Assembly: GCA_031274365.1 (NCBI GenBank)
Contig: JAISQF010000007.1
Location: 8,081-72,080 of the forward strand
DNA length: 64,000 nucleotides
Source: Elusimicrobiota bacterium
GTDB taxonomy: Bacteria > Elusimicrobiota > Endomicrobiia > Endomicrobiales > Endomicrobiaceae
Direction: 5' to 3'
Under the pieces are notes generated by a model. That model made no database searches. It was not told the origin of the DNA and worked only from the letters and a program-made list of their open reading frames with translations. A program made the position numbers and the translations under genes. Every line of letters begins with the position of its first letter. Within the stretch, counting starts at the first letter, position 1. Shown here one piece after another: positions 55,182 through 64,000 of this stretch.

Positions 55182-56066
55182 TTATTTCTCCTCCGCGCTA
55201 TCTTCTATAATACTTTCTTTTAATTGATTATTATCCGCTTGCAAATTATTATTTTCATTTTCTTTCGCCGCTTGCTCGTCTTTTTCAGGCTCGGAATGTT
55301 TAACACTTTCTTCAACATTATTGTTTTGAGCATTTTCCGCGCCGGCTTCTGCTCCATTTTCTTTCTCATCATCCTGCTTTTCAATTACCCCTTTGCCTTC
55401 TAAAACGGCGTCGGCAATCGTTGAACAAAAAAGTTTTACCGCTCTAATAGCGTCATCATTTCCGGGAATTGGATAATCGACTAAATCCGGATCGCAATTC
55501 GTATCGCATACCGCGACGATGGGGATATTTAATTTTCTCGCTTCCGATACGGCCGTAGCCTCCTCATGAGGATCGATTACAAACATAAGTCCCGGAAGTT
55601 TATTCATATTTTTAAGACCTTCCAAAGATTTTTCAAGACGGACTCTTTCTTTCTCTATTCTTGATTGTTCTTTTTTTGAAAGGAAATCAAAAGTCCCCTC
55701 AGTTTTCATTTTTTCAATTTCTTTATAGCGCTGAATTGATTTTTTTAGAGTTTCAAAATTTGTAAGAGTGCCGCCCAGCCATCTTTCGCATACAAAAAAT
55801 GCACCGCAACGCAAAGCTTCCTCTTTAATTGGAATTTGAGCTTGCTTTTTTGTCCCGACAAAAATAACTTCTTTTCCCTCGGAAACATAATCTCTCACAA
55901 CTTTGTAGTTTTTCTTAAGTTCTTTTAAGGTTTTCTGCAGATCAATGATATGTATTTTATTTCTTGTTCCAAAAATATATCTTGCCATTTTCGGATTCCA
56001 TCTTCTCGTCTGATGTCCAAAATGAACACCGGCTTCCAGCAAAGCTTTCATAGTAATTGTTGCCAT
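55182..56066 (-). CDS. rpsB: 30S ribosomal protein S2 with acidic C-terminal extension
   Basis: 294 aa; ..[19 protein letters not shown]..; about 60-aa Glu/Asn/Asp-rich tail. Confidence 0.95.
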   Translation of the reverse strand: MATITMKALLEAGVHFGHQTRRWNPKMARYIFGTRNKIHIIDLQKTLKELKKNYKVVRDYVSEGKEVIFVGTKKQAQIPIKEEALRCGAFFVCERWLGGTLTNFETLKKSIQRYKEIEKMKTEGTFDFLSKKEQSRIEKERVRLEKSLEGLKNMNKLPGLMFVIDPHEEATAVSEARKLNIPIVAVCDTNCDPDLVDYPIPGNDDAIRAVKLFCSTIADAVLEGKGVIEKQDDEKENGAEAGAENAQNNNVEESVKHSEPEKDEQAAKENENNNLQADNNQLKESIIEDSAEEK

Positions 56067-56200
56067 TTACCTCTCCTTTTAGTTTTTTCTTTTAGGCTGA
56101 TTTATAGCCTTTAGACCTCCGCGGTTTTCAATATCCACAACCCCTTAATTTAATTTTCGGGGACATATGGCTAATCCAACCGCGTGCGTATTTTTCTATA
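56067..56200 (-). promoter_or_regulatory. structured rpsB 5' leader (possible S2 autoregulatory element)
   Basis: Minus-strand helices: AACCGCG/CGCGGTT (56178-56184 / 56120-56126) enclosing GGGG/CCCC (about 56158-56161 / 56141-56144), then AGGCT-N7-AGCCT (56094-56110) next to the SD. Confidence 0.35.
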
Positions 56201-56280
56201 TTTAACAACAACGTTAAGTATATCAAAACTTAAATCATTATACCTATTTAATCTATTTTTGCAAAGATATTGCTAAATCT

Positions 56281-56657
56281 CTTAACATATTAGACTTTTT
56301 GGATGAGAGGTTTAATAAATTAATAGCATAATTTAATTATTTTATCGTGTCTTTATTTATCAAAGTTTTTTAGCGGAGACTGCCTTAGAGGACGCGTCTA
56401 TAAGTGAAATGTTTTTTTGGATTATCATTTGACGATGTGTGAGCCGCTCTTCCTTATGTCGTAATGCGCAGGGGCGGCGAGTTTGGCAAATGCCAAAAAA
56501 ATGTTTGGCCTTTGCCAAAAAAACATAAACGAATGTCCTAAGCGGTCGGAGCTAAAAAATAAAAAAATATTATAACAATAAAGAACAAAAGCAAGTGTCG
56601 TACTTGCAGGACTTCTACAACAAAAACATAAGTCTATTATCTGTTTGAGGTTTTTCA
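56281..56657 (+). repeat. modular intergenic element, architecture L arm - class B core - R arm (copy 3)
   Basis: Arms near-identical to 2371-2762; core about 90 percent identical by eye to 6200-6427. Confidence 0.85.
56381..56607 (+). ncRNA. candidate structured RNA, class B core (copy 2)
   Basis: Same pseudoknot-compatible helices and twin hairpins as 6200-6427; helix substitutions keep pairing only on the plus strand. Confidence 0.4.
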
Positions 56658-56747
56658 GACATCAAATATTAGAGAGCATCCTTAATCCGCGCTTCTGCAT
56701 ATTGGTCTTGTCATTATCCGCCGCTGTCCCTCGCCAATTTACAAAAT

Positions 56748-57212
56748 TTATTTTATATCGATTATTCTTTTAGCATAATCCTCATGATTACTTTTAACGG
56801 CTTCATAAGGATAATCAAATAAAGACGAAGATATAATAAAATCTGCCGAAGACAATGTGCAGGCCACCACTATATTTTCAATCGACGACAATCTAATCAA
56901 TGCCTTTACGTCAACATCATGAGGCTGCATAGTCATCGGATCCGTAAGAAATACAAGAACGTCTATTTGATTTCCGGCTATTAAAGCGCCCATTTGTTGA
57001 TCGCCGCCCAGAGGGCCGGATTTAAGTCTTTTAACTTTTACTTTTAATTCGGGATATTTTTCATCATAAAAATCCTGAATAAGTTTTCCCGTTGTTCCCG
57101 TGCAAATCAAATTATGCGCGCTTATTTTCTTGGCATTAAAAGAAACCCAGCCCACCATCGCTTTTTTACAAGCGTCATGCGCTATCAAACCAATATTCTT
57201 TTTCTTTAACAT
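56748..57212 (-). CDS. mgsA: methylglyoxal synthase
   Basis: 154 aa; ..IGLIAHD..K.. and ..TGTTG.. motifs. Confidence 0.9.
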   Translation of the reverse strand: MLKKKNIGLIAHDACKKAMVGWVSFNAKKISAHNLICTGTTGKLIQDFYDEKYPELKVKVKRLKSGPLGGDQQMGALIAGNQIDVLVFLTDPMTMQPHDVDVKALIRLSSIENIVVACTLSSADFIISSSLFDYPYEAVKSNHEDYAKRIIDIK

Positions 57213-57229
57213 TTAATAGATCTCCTTTT

Positions 57230-58876
57230 TTATTTTACTTTTGACTTATTGAATTCATCAATCAACCCTTTTGTAGAGCAATCGTGAGCGTTACTTTTAC
57301 CGTCTGAAAGTTCGGGCAAAATTATATTAGCCAAAACTTTTCCCAATTCCACTCCCCATTGATCAAAACTATTTATTCTCCATATCGCCCCTTGAGTAAA
57401 AACTTTATGCTCGTATAGAGCTATCAAAGCGCCTAAAGTTCTCGGCGTCAAATCTTTAATCAAAAAAGAATTAGTGGGTTTATTGCCTTCAAAAACTTTA
57501 TAAGGAGCTAATTTTTCAATCTCGTCTTTTGACATTCCGCTGTTTGTAAGATTTTCAATTACCTTTTCTTTTGATAAACCAAAAGCCAAAGCCTCCGGCT
57601 GAGCAAAGAAATTAGCCATCAACTTTTCATGATGAGAGCCAATTCTTTTTGGAGGATTTACAAAACCTATAAAATCCGACGGAATACATTTTGTCCCTTG
57701 ATGAATAAGCTGATAAAAAGAGTGCTGGCCGTTTGTCCCGGGCTCGCCCCAAATTATAGGACCGGTTTCATAATTTACTCTTTTAGCGTCGATGTTCACA
57801 GTTTTGCCGTTGCTTTCCATATCGCCTTGCTGTAAATAAGCGGGGAATCTGTGCAAATATTGACTATAAGGTAAAACGCAATGGCTTTGCGCTCCGAGAA
57901 AATTGTTATACCAAATGCCGAGCAACGCCATTATCACGGGAATATTTTTTTCATAAGGTGTATTCAAAAAATGTTTGTCGATATAATTTGCTCCGTCTAA
58001 AAGTTCTCTAAAACGATTAAAACCCACATTGCAGGCTATCGACAATCCTATTGCGGACCATAAAGAATACCGTCCTCCCACAAAATCCCAAAACTCAAAC
58101 ATATTTTTTTCATCAATCCCAAATTCTTTCACTTTTTTCTCATTGGTCGAGAGAGCGACAAAATGATTTTTAACGGAATTTTCTCCCATTTTACCAACGC
58201 TCCATTTTCTTGCGCTCAAAGCGTTTGTGATTGTCTCAAGCGTGGTAAAAGTTTTTGAAGCCACTATAAATAAAGTCGTCTCGGGATTTAGAGATTTCAA
58301 AATTTCATAAATATCGGCGCCGTCAATGTTAGAAAGAAAATGAGCGTTAGGTCCGTCGGCATAATATTTCAACGCCTCGCAAACCATTTTAGGCCCCAAA
58401 TCCGATCCGCCTATACCTATATTAACAATATCAGTTATTTTTTTACCCGTTGCGCCAATCCATTTTCCGCTTCTTAAATCATCGCTGAATTTTTTCATTT
58501 TATCCAACACGGCGTTTATCTGCGGCATTACGTCTTTTCCGTCCGCATAAATCGGATGATTGTCGGAATTTCTCAAAGCTATATGCAAAACGGCTCTCTT
58601 TTCAGTCCAATTTATTTTATCTCCGTTAAACATTTTTTTGGCATATTCATTAACGCCGGCCGCCTCGGCAAGTTTTATTAACAAAGAAAATATTTCTTTA
58701 TCTATAAGATTTTTTGAATAATCAAAAACAAGTCCCAATTCATTATCTTTTATTGAAAATTCTTTAAAACGATTTTCATCTTTGAATAATTCTTTTAAGA
58801 TTAAATTATTCCCTTCCTCTTTGCGCTTTTGCAAATTTTTCCAAGCGGGTGTTTGCGTAAGTCCTAAACTGTTCAT
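57230..58876 (-). CDS. pgi: glucose-6-phosphate isomerase
   Basis: 548 aa; ..[10 protein letters not shown].. and ..GGRYS.WSAIG.. signatures. Confidence 0.95.
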   Translation of the reverse strand: MNSLGLTQTPAWKNLQKRKEEGNNLILKELFKDENRFKEFSIKDNELGLVFDYSKNLIDKEIFSLLIKLAEAAGVNEYAKKMFNGDKINWTEKRAVLHIALRNSDNHPIYADGKDVMPQINAVLDKMKKFSDDLRSGKWIGATGKKITDIVNIGIGGSDLGPKMVCEALKYYADGPNAHFLSNIDGADIYEILKSLNPETTLFIVASKTFTTLETITNALSARKWSVGKMGENSVKNHFVALSTNEKKVKEFGIDEKNMFEFWDFVGGRYSLWSAIGLSIACNVGFNRFRELLDGANYIDKHFLNTPYEKNIPVIMALLGIWYNNFLGAQSHCVLPYSQYLHRFPAYLQQGDMESNGKTVNIDAKRVNYETGPIIWGEPGTNGQHSFYQLIHQGTKCIPSDFIGFVNPPKRIGSHHEKLMANFFAQPEALAFGLSKEKVIENLTNSGMSKDEIEKLAPYKVFEGNKPTNSFLIKDLTPRTLGALIALYEHKVFTQGAIWRINSFDQWGVELGKVLANIILPELSDGKSNAHDCSTKGLIDEFNKSKVK

Positions 58877-59042
58877 TTCAAACCTCCTAAATAAATATAA
58901 AAAATTTCTGCCGATAATCCAATCATTTATTTATCATAAAAAACATACATCTTGTATTTAAGAATTATAATAAATTCATTTTTATGAAAAAAGAGAAAAC
59001 TTATAATTTTTTTCAAACTTCTTAAAGATTAAATTTTACAAT

Positions 59043-59079
59043 AAAAAAGGCCGTCCTCATAATAAGGACAGCCGTTTTT
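59043..59079 (-). terminator. bidirectional-looking rho-independent terminator after tRNA-Asn
   Basis: GGCCGTCC (59049-59056) / GGACAGCC (59066-59073), 8-bp stem with one mismatch, A6 on one side and T5 on the other. Confidence 0.65.
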
Positions 59080-59091
59080 AATTATCAAATG

Positions 59092-59163
59092 CTCCGGCGG
59101 CTGGACTCGAACCAGCAACCGATCGGTTAACAGCCGATTGCTCCACCATTGAGCTACACCGGA
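59092..59163 (-). tRNA. tRNA-Asn (anticodon GUU), CCA not encoded
   Basis: Hand-folded 72-nt cloverleaf: acceptor UCCGGUG/CGCCGGA, D arm GCUC..GAGC, anticodon stem AUCGG/CCGAU with loop CUGUUAA, T arm GCUGG-UUCGAGU-CCAGC. Confidence 0.9.
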
Positions 59164-59225
59164 ATTCATTGATGAAAAAATTAAACAAATGATTAAAAAC
59201 CAAACTTATCGTGACTATTTCGCTT

Positions 59226-59253
59226 ATTATACCTATTTTAAGATTTTTTTCAA
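59226..59253 (-). promoter_or_regulatory. sigma70-like promoter upstream of tRNA-Asn
   Basis: Minus strand TTGAAA (59253-59248) - 16 nt - TATAAT (59231-59226). Confidence 0.5.
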
Positions 59254-59284
59254 GAGAGATATTTTTACTTGCGGCAACCACAAT

Positions 59285-60181
59285 CTAAATTTCAAAAATC
59301 TCTTTCATATCCTCAGCGAGCGGCGCTATAAACGTTAAATTTTTTGAAGTTTTGGGATGCGTAAAAGAAATTTGATAAGAATGAAGCATTTGACGGGAAT
59401 ATATTTTTGAATTGATAACCTGAGGGCCTCCGTATTGTTTGTCGCCGACAACGGGATGATTTATATATTTCATATGACTTCTTATCTGATGAGTCCTGCC
59501 GGTAATAATATGCACTTTGACAAGAGTAAAGCCGTCTCTTCGCGCCATTACGCTAAATTCGCTTATCGCCATTTTTGTCGCCAAAGGATTTACGGACATT
59601 ATCTTTCTATTTTCCGGCGCTCTGCCCAACGGCGCTTCTATTCTCCCTCTATTTTCAACAATAGTTCCTTTGACAGCGGCATAATAGATTTTTTTCACCG
59701 CCCTGTTTTGAAATTGTTTTGAAATGCTTATTTTGGATTTTTCATTTTTTGCAAAAAGTATAAGACCGGAAGTATCTTTATCAAGACGATGAACCAAATA
59801 AGGAATAAATTTTTCATCCGCATATCCCACCAAAGCGTTAAGCAAAGTTCCATCAAGATGTCCGTAAGAAGGATGAACGACTATGCCGAAAGGTTTGTTT
59901 ATGACGATAATATCGTCGTCTTCATAAATAATATCTATGTCTATTTTTTCCGCTTTTACGCCGAGATTTTCCAATTGCGCTGGAAATTCAATTTCTATAA
60001 AATCCCCGCGCTTTAATTTATAGCTTGAGGAAATATTTTTTTCATTAACTCTAACTCCTTTATTTCCCAAACTGCTTTCAATCAATTTTTGAAAATAAGA
60101 TCTCGAATATTCTTTATAAATCGAAGCTAAAAAAGAATCTATTCTTTCTCTTTCAAACTTTTCATATTTTATTTTCTGCAT
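59285..60181 (-). CDS. rluD: 23S rRNA pseudouridine synthase, RluA/RluD family
   Basis: 298 aa; S4-like N-terminus, HRLDKDTSG catalytic motif. Confidence 0.9.
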   Translation of the reverse strand: MQKIKYEKFERERIDSFLASIYKEYSRSYFQKLIESSLGNKGVRVNEKNISSSYKLKRGDFIEIEFPAQLENLGVKAEKIDIDIIYEDDDIIVINKPFGIVVHPSYGHLDGTLLNALVGYADEKFIPYLVHRLDKDTSGLILFAKNEKSKISISKQFQNRAVKKIYYAAVKGTIVENRGRIEAPLGRAPENRKIMSVNPLATKMAISEFSVMARRDGFTLVKVHIITGRTHQIRSHMKYINHPVVGDKQYGGPQVINSKIYSRQMLHSYQISFTHPKTSKNLTFIAPLAEDMKEIFEI

Positions 60182-60938
60182 TTCTATTCACCCGATAGAC
60201 GATAGTTAGACCGATAATAAAAACAAAAACGGATATAAATTGCGAAGTCGAAAGACCAAAAACCACCGTTCCTCTATAATCCCCTCTAAAAAATTCAATA
60301 ATGAATCTACAGACGGCGTAAGCGGTTAAATATGCGCCAATAGCAAGACCGTCTTTATGTTTTTTCTTATTATAAAGATGTAAAAGTATAAACAAAATTA
60401 AATTTGAAAAAGATTCATAAAGTTCCGCCGGATGAACGGGAATTCCTTTTATCATAGAAAGACTATGAGGATCTCTAAAAACAATTCCCCACGGCATATT
60501 CGTCGGTTTTCCAAAACAGCAGCCGGCCATAAAGCAGCCTATGCGTCCTAAAAAATGACCTAACGCTATTGCCGGCGCCAATAAATCCATAACTTTTGCA
60601 ATATTTAATTTTTTTCTTTTTATATAAAAAAACGCCGCTAATGCCGCCGCGATAAAACCGCCGTAAAAAGTAAGTCCGCCTTCCCAAATTGCAAATATTT
60701 CAAGGGGAGTTCTAAACAAAGAACGATTTTCAGCTATCACATAAAGAAGTCTTGCGCCGGCAATGCCGGAAATTATTATCCAAAATAAAAGATTAAATAA
60801 ATCATCTTGAGAAATTATTTGAGGAGATTTTTTAGCTTGATAAGACAGATAAAACATTCCCGCCGCAAAACCCAAAGCTACAAAAAATCCATAACTATAG
60901 AGAGTGAACCCTCCTATTGAAAAAAGAATCGGATGCAT
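60162..60938 (-). CDS. lgt: prolipoprotein diacylglyceryl transferase
   Basis: 258-aa membrane ORF; ..GRIGCF..GCC.G.. Lgt signature. Confidence 0.92.
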   Translation of the reverse strand: MHPILFSIGGFTLYSYGFFVALGFAAGMFYLSYQAKKSPQIISQDDLFNLLFWIIISGIAGARLLYVIAENRSLFRTPLEIFAIWEGGLTFYGGFIAAALAAFFYIKRKKLNIAKVMDLLAPAIALGHFLGRIGCFMAGCCFGKPTNMPWGIVFRDPHSLSMIKGIPVHPAELYESFSNLILFILLHLYNKKKHKDGLAIGAYLTAYAVCRFIIEFFRGDYRGTVVFGLSTSQFISVFVFIIGLTIVYRVNRNAENKI

Positions 60939-60939
60939 T

Positions 60940-61395
60940 TTATTTCTCCTTTACAAAACTAAAAATTATTAAAAACATCGCTATACAAACTGCCGAATCC
61001 GCGATATTAAAAGCGGGCCATCTCAAATTATTTATTCCAAAATCTAAAAAATCAACCACAGCTCCTCTAAAAATTCTGTCCGTCAAATTCCCAATGCCTC
61101 CGCTTAAAACAAGACAGAAAGCGTATTTTTGCAGCGGCGAAATTTTATTTCTATTTTTATAAAGCCATATCGATATTGCCGTTAAAAATAGAAACATAAA
61201 AATAATAAAAAACAAATTATTATTCTCAAAAAAACTAAAAGCAATTCCGGTGTTTGAGACATTTACTATATTAAAAAAATGAAATGTTTCGATAATATTT
61301 ACAGCCGACGCATAAGGAATAAATTTTTCTATAAAAAACTTGCTTGCCTGATCCAAAAGATAGACGAGACAGGCAAAAATAATCGGATTTCTCAT
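60940..61395 (-). CDS. lspA: lipoprotein signal peptidase II
   Basis: 151 aa; ..NTGIAFS.. and ..VVDFLDF..FN.AD.. motifs; classical ileS-lspA linkage. Confidence 0.92.
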   Translation of the reverse strand: MRNPIIFACLVYLLDQASKFFIEKFIPYASAVNIIETFHFFNIVNVSNTGIAFSFFENNNLFFIIFMFLFLTAISIWLYKNRNKISPLQKYAFCLVLSGGIGNLTDRIFRGAVVDFLDFGINNLRWPAFNIADSAVCIAMFLIIFSFVKEK

Positions 61396-64000
61396 TTTTT
61401 AACAACCTCTGCGCACCGCGGACAAAGACCGTCTTTTATCGCTTCAATATGCCGCCAACATCTCAAACATTTTTCAAATTTAGTTTTTTGGGCGGTAATT
61501 TCTAAAAATTCGTCTTTATCAGACGGCAAAAATTCCATATCCCAATTGCCCAAAGCAAGATATAAATTCTCTTTATCATCCAAAGCTTTTTTGTAATTTT
61601 TTCCATATTTTATAATTAAATGAGCTTCAAGATTTGAACCTATAATTTTTTCTTGTCTTAACTTTTCGCAGCACTCTAAAACTTGCCGGCGTATTTCTAA
61701 AACGGCTTCCCATTTTTCCAAATCCTCTCTATAGAGCTCGTATTTTTTATTACTTACGGGATAGTCGGTTAGAAAAATTGATTTCGGCAAATCCTGAGAT
61801 AACTTTCTTATTTCTTTCCACGCTTCCTCAGCGGTAAAAGAAAGTATCGGCGAAACAAGTTTTACCAAAACTTGAAGTATTTCAAACATTGCCGACTGAG
61901 CGCTTAATCTATTTTTACCGTCTTTATCGTCGCAGTAAAGAGTGTCTTTTAACGAGTCTAAATAAAAACCGCTCAAAAATACTCCGCAAAAATTATTTAT
62001 TGAGGAAGCGGCTTTATGGAATTCGTATTTTTCAAAAGAATCAACGACGATTTCCGCGACATTATTTAATCGGCTTAAAGCGTATTTGTCAATTTCTCTC
62101 ATATCGTTAAAATCAATTTTTTTAGACGGTAAAAAGTCCGACAAATTTCCTAAAAGAAATCTAAAAGTGTTTCTAATTTTTCTATATGAATCGCTTAAAC
62201 CTTTCAATATCTCGTCGGAAATTCTTATATCCTCTTTATAATCGCTCGAAGCCACCCATAATCTCAAAACATCGGCGCCGTATTGTTTTATAAGTTTTTC
62301 GCTGTCTATGCCGTTACCAGACGACTTGGACATTTTTTTGCCCTGTCCATCGACGACAAAACCGTGCGTTAAGACATTTCTATACGGAGGCTTACCTTTT
62401 TGCGCCATAGATAAAATCAAAGAAGTGTGAAACCAGCCTCTATGCTGATCGCTGCCCTCAAGATATAAATCCGCGGGAAAAGTTAAGTCCTTATAATTTC
62501 CGCTTGCCAAAACCGCTTCCTGAGAAGAGCCTGAATCAAACCATACGTCGAGAATATCCTCTTCTTTTTTGAAATCACAACAACCGCATTTTGCGCATTT
62601 AACATTATGTCCGGCAAGCAATTCTTTTTCACTCAAATCAAACCAAGAATCAGAACCTTTTTTAGAAAAAATTTCGGCAATTGACCTTATAACTTTTGCA
62701 TCCGCCAAAGGTTCTTGACAAGATTTACAATAAAAAACGGGAATTGGAACACCCCATAATCTTTGACGGCTTACGCACCAATCCGGTCTGCTTTCAAGCA
62801 TTCCTGAAATTCTATTTTCGCCGTATTTTGGTATCCAATTAACCGTTTTTACAGCATCCAAAAGTTTTTTACGCAAATCATTATGATCAATATCTATAAA
62901 CCATTGCGGCGTTGCGCGAAAAATTATCGGTTTTTTACATCTCCAACAATGAGGATAAGAATGCTGTATCTTATTTACGGCTAAAATTTTTCCCTCTTTA
63001 CTAAGCTTTTCAATTATCATCGGAACAGCCTTAAAAACGTGAATATTTTCATACTCTCTAAATTCTTTTGTGAACAAACCTTTTGAATTTACCGGCGAAA
63101 CAATTTCAAGTCCGTAAGCAAGACCGGCTTCATAATCTTCCAGTCCATGACCGGGCGCAATATGAACTATGCCCGTCCCGTCCTCTAAACTAACAAAATC
63201 TGCAAGAATGCCTCTCGAAAGCCTGTCTATTGAATCAAAAGGATTATGACACAGCATTTCAAGAAAATCAGAGCCTTTTGCCTGCAAAACAATTTCATAA
63301 CTTTTAGCGCCGATTTTTTCTTTAACCGCGTCAGCCAAATCTTTTGCGACTATAAGTTTTTCTTTGCGTCCCTCTAAATTAAAAACAGCGGCGATATAAT
63401 CTGCTTTTTCATTAAAAGCAAGTCCTGAATTTGAAGGCAATGTCCAAGGAGTCGTCGTCCAGATCAAAACAGAAAAATCTTTTAGCAAATTGCTTTTATC
63501 GTCAAGTTTTTTTGGAAGTTTGACTATCTTGAATTTTACAAAAATAGACTCGGCGCTGTGATCGGCATATTCAACTTCCGCATCAGCCAAAGCCGTTTCG
63601 CAATTTGAACACCACAAAACGGATTTATTTTTTCTATAAACAAAACCTTTCTCAACCAAACTTGCAAAAACATTCAAAATTGAAGCCTCGTATTTCGACT
63701 CTAACGTTAAATAAGGCGTGTCCCAATCCGCAAAAGTTCCAAGTCTTTTGAACTCTTCCTTTTGTATGCCGACGAATTTATTTGCAAAATCCGCCGCTTG
63801 TTTTCTAAAAACTTTTCTATCGACTTTATTTTTATCAGTTTTCAATTCTTTCAACGCAAGCTGCTCTATTGGCAATCCATGACAATCCCAACCGGGAGTG
63901 TATGGAACATAATAGCCGCTCATCGAACGATATTTAATAATAAAATCTTTAAGAACTCTATTGAGAGCCGTGCCGATATGAATATGAGCGTTGGCATAGG
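61392..64000 (-). CDS. ileS: isoleucine--tRNA ligase (N-terminus beyond window end)
   Basis: ORF stays open to the window edge; hand translation of 63924-64000 gives PYANAHIHIGTALNRVLKDFIIKYRS (HIGH motif); KMSKS present; C-terminal CLRC..CPRC zinc finger. Confidence 0.95.
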   Translation of the reverse strand, partial: YANAHIHIGTALNRVLKDFIIKYRSMSGYYVPYTPGWDCHGLPIEQLALKELKTDKNKVDRKVFRKQAADFANKFVGIQKEEFKRLGTFADWDTPYLTLESKYEASILNVFASLVEKGFVYRKNKSVLWCSNCETALADAEVEYADHSAESIFVKFKIVKLPKKLDDKSNLLKDFSVLIWTTTPWTLPSNSGLAFNEKADYIAAVFNLEGRKEKLIVAKDLADAVKEKIGAKSYEIVLQAKGSDFLEMLCHNPFDSIDRLSRGILADFVSLEDGTGIVHIAPGHGLEDYEAGLAYGLEIVSPVNSKGLFTKEFREYENIHVFKAVPMIIEKLSKEGKILAVNKIQHSYPHCWRCKKPIIFRATPQWFIDIDHNDLRKKLLDAVKTVNWIPKYGENRISGMLESRPDWCVSRQRLWGVPIPVFYCKSCQEPLADAKVIRSIAEIFSKKGSDSWFDLSEKELLAGHNVKCAKCGCCDFKKEEDILDVWFDSGSSQEAVLASGNYKDLTFPADLYLEGSDQHRGWFHTSLILSMAQKGKPPYRNVLTHGFVVDGQGKKMSKSSGNGIDSEKLIKQYGADVLRLWVASSDYKEDIRISDEILKGLSDSYRKIRNTFRFLLGNLSDFLPSKKIDFNDMREIDKYALSRLNNVAEIVVDSFEKYEFHKAASSINNFCGVFLSGFYLDSLKDTLYCDDKDGKNRLSAQSAMFEILQVLVKLVSPILSFTAEEAWKEIRKLSQDLPKSIFLTDYPVSNKKYELYREDLEKWEAVLEIRRQVLECCEKLRQEKIIGSNLEAHLIIKYGKNYKKALDDKENLYLALGNWDMEFLPSDKDEFLEITAQKTKFEKCLRCWRHIEAIKDGLCPRCAEVVKK

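Noticed and set aside
59078-59281. 67-aa minus-strand ORF overlapping tRNA-Asn
   Set aside because: The region folds into a canonical tRNA cloverleaf with its own promoter and terminator, so the ORF is an artefact of translating the tRNA gene.

Overview
AT-rich chromosomal segment from a diderm bacterium (lptD, lgt, lspA and kpsF are present). I cannot assign the taxon from sequence alone. Nearly all genes are on the minus strand; only four (23400-29343) are on plus. Content in order: a large methionine/sulfur-amino-acid block at 1-16912, with two aminotransferases, two MetNIQ-type systems plus a third MetNI without a binding protein, a TAXI-TRAP transporter, a DapA-like enzyme, a Cys/Met PLP enzyme, a MetY module fused in frame to an Fe-S protein, and a secreted cyclase. 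Next comes a small type II restriction-modification island (17402-19266). After it are housekeeping genes: radC, arfB, rfbC, sugar-nucleotide enzymes, hisS, lptD, folC, accD, kpsF, trpF-hisIFAH, pstSCAB-B, guaA, dcd, greA, the rpsB-tsf-pyrH-frr-uppS-cdsA-dxr-rseP-ispG block, mgsA-pgi, tRNA-Asn and rluD-lgt-lspA-ileS. The most unusual signal is non-coding. Three intergenic loci (2371-2762, 5621-6466, 56281-56657) carry a modular element with conserved left and right arms around one of two unrelated, visibly G+C-richer, strongly self-complementary cores (class A and class B, two copies each). All copies are oriented on the plus strand, against the flanking genes. No transposase, reverse transcriptase or cas gene is in the window, and I cannot match the cores to any RNA family I know. 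Other points: a shared promoter/operator design with a 9-bp x4 tandem array in front of two sulfur-metabolism units, an in-frame Fe-S::MetY fusion that keeps an internal SD+ATG, a Cys-Cys leader mini-ORF, and a 55-aa ferredoxin gene absent from the ORF track. All coordinates of non-ORF features were counted by hand and may be off by a few nt.
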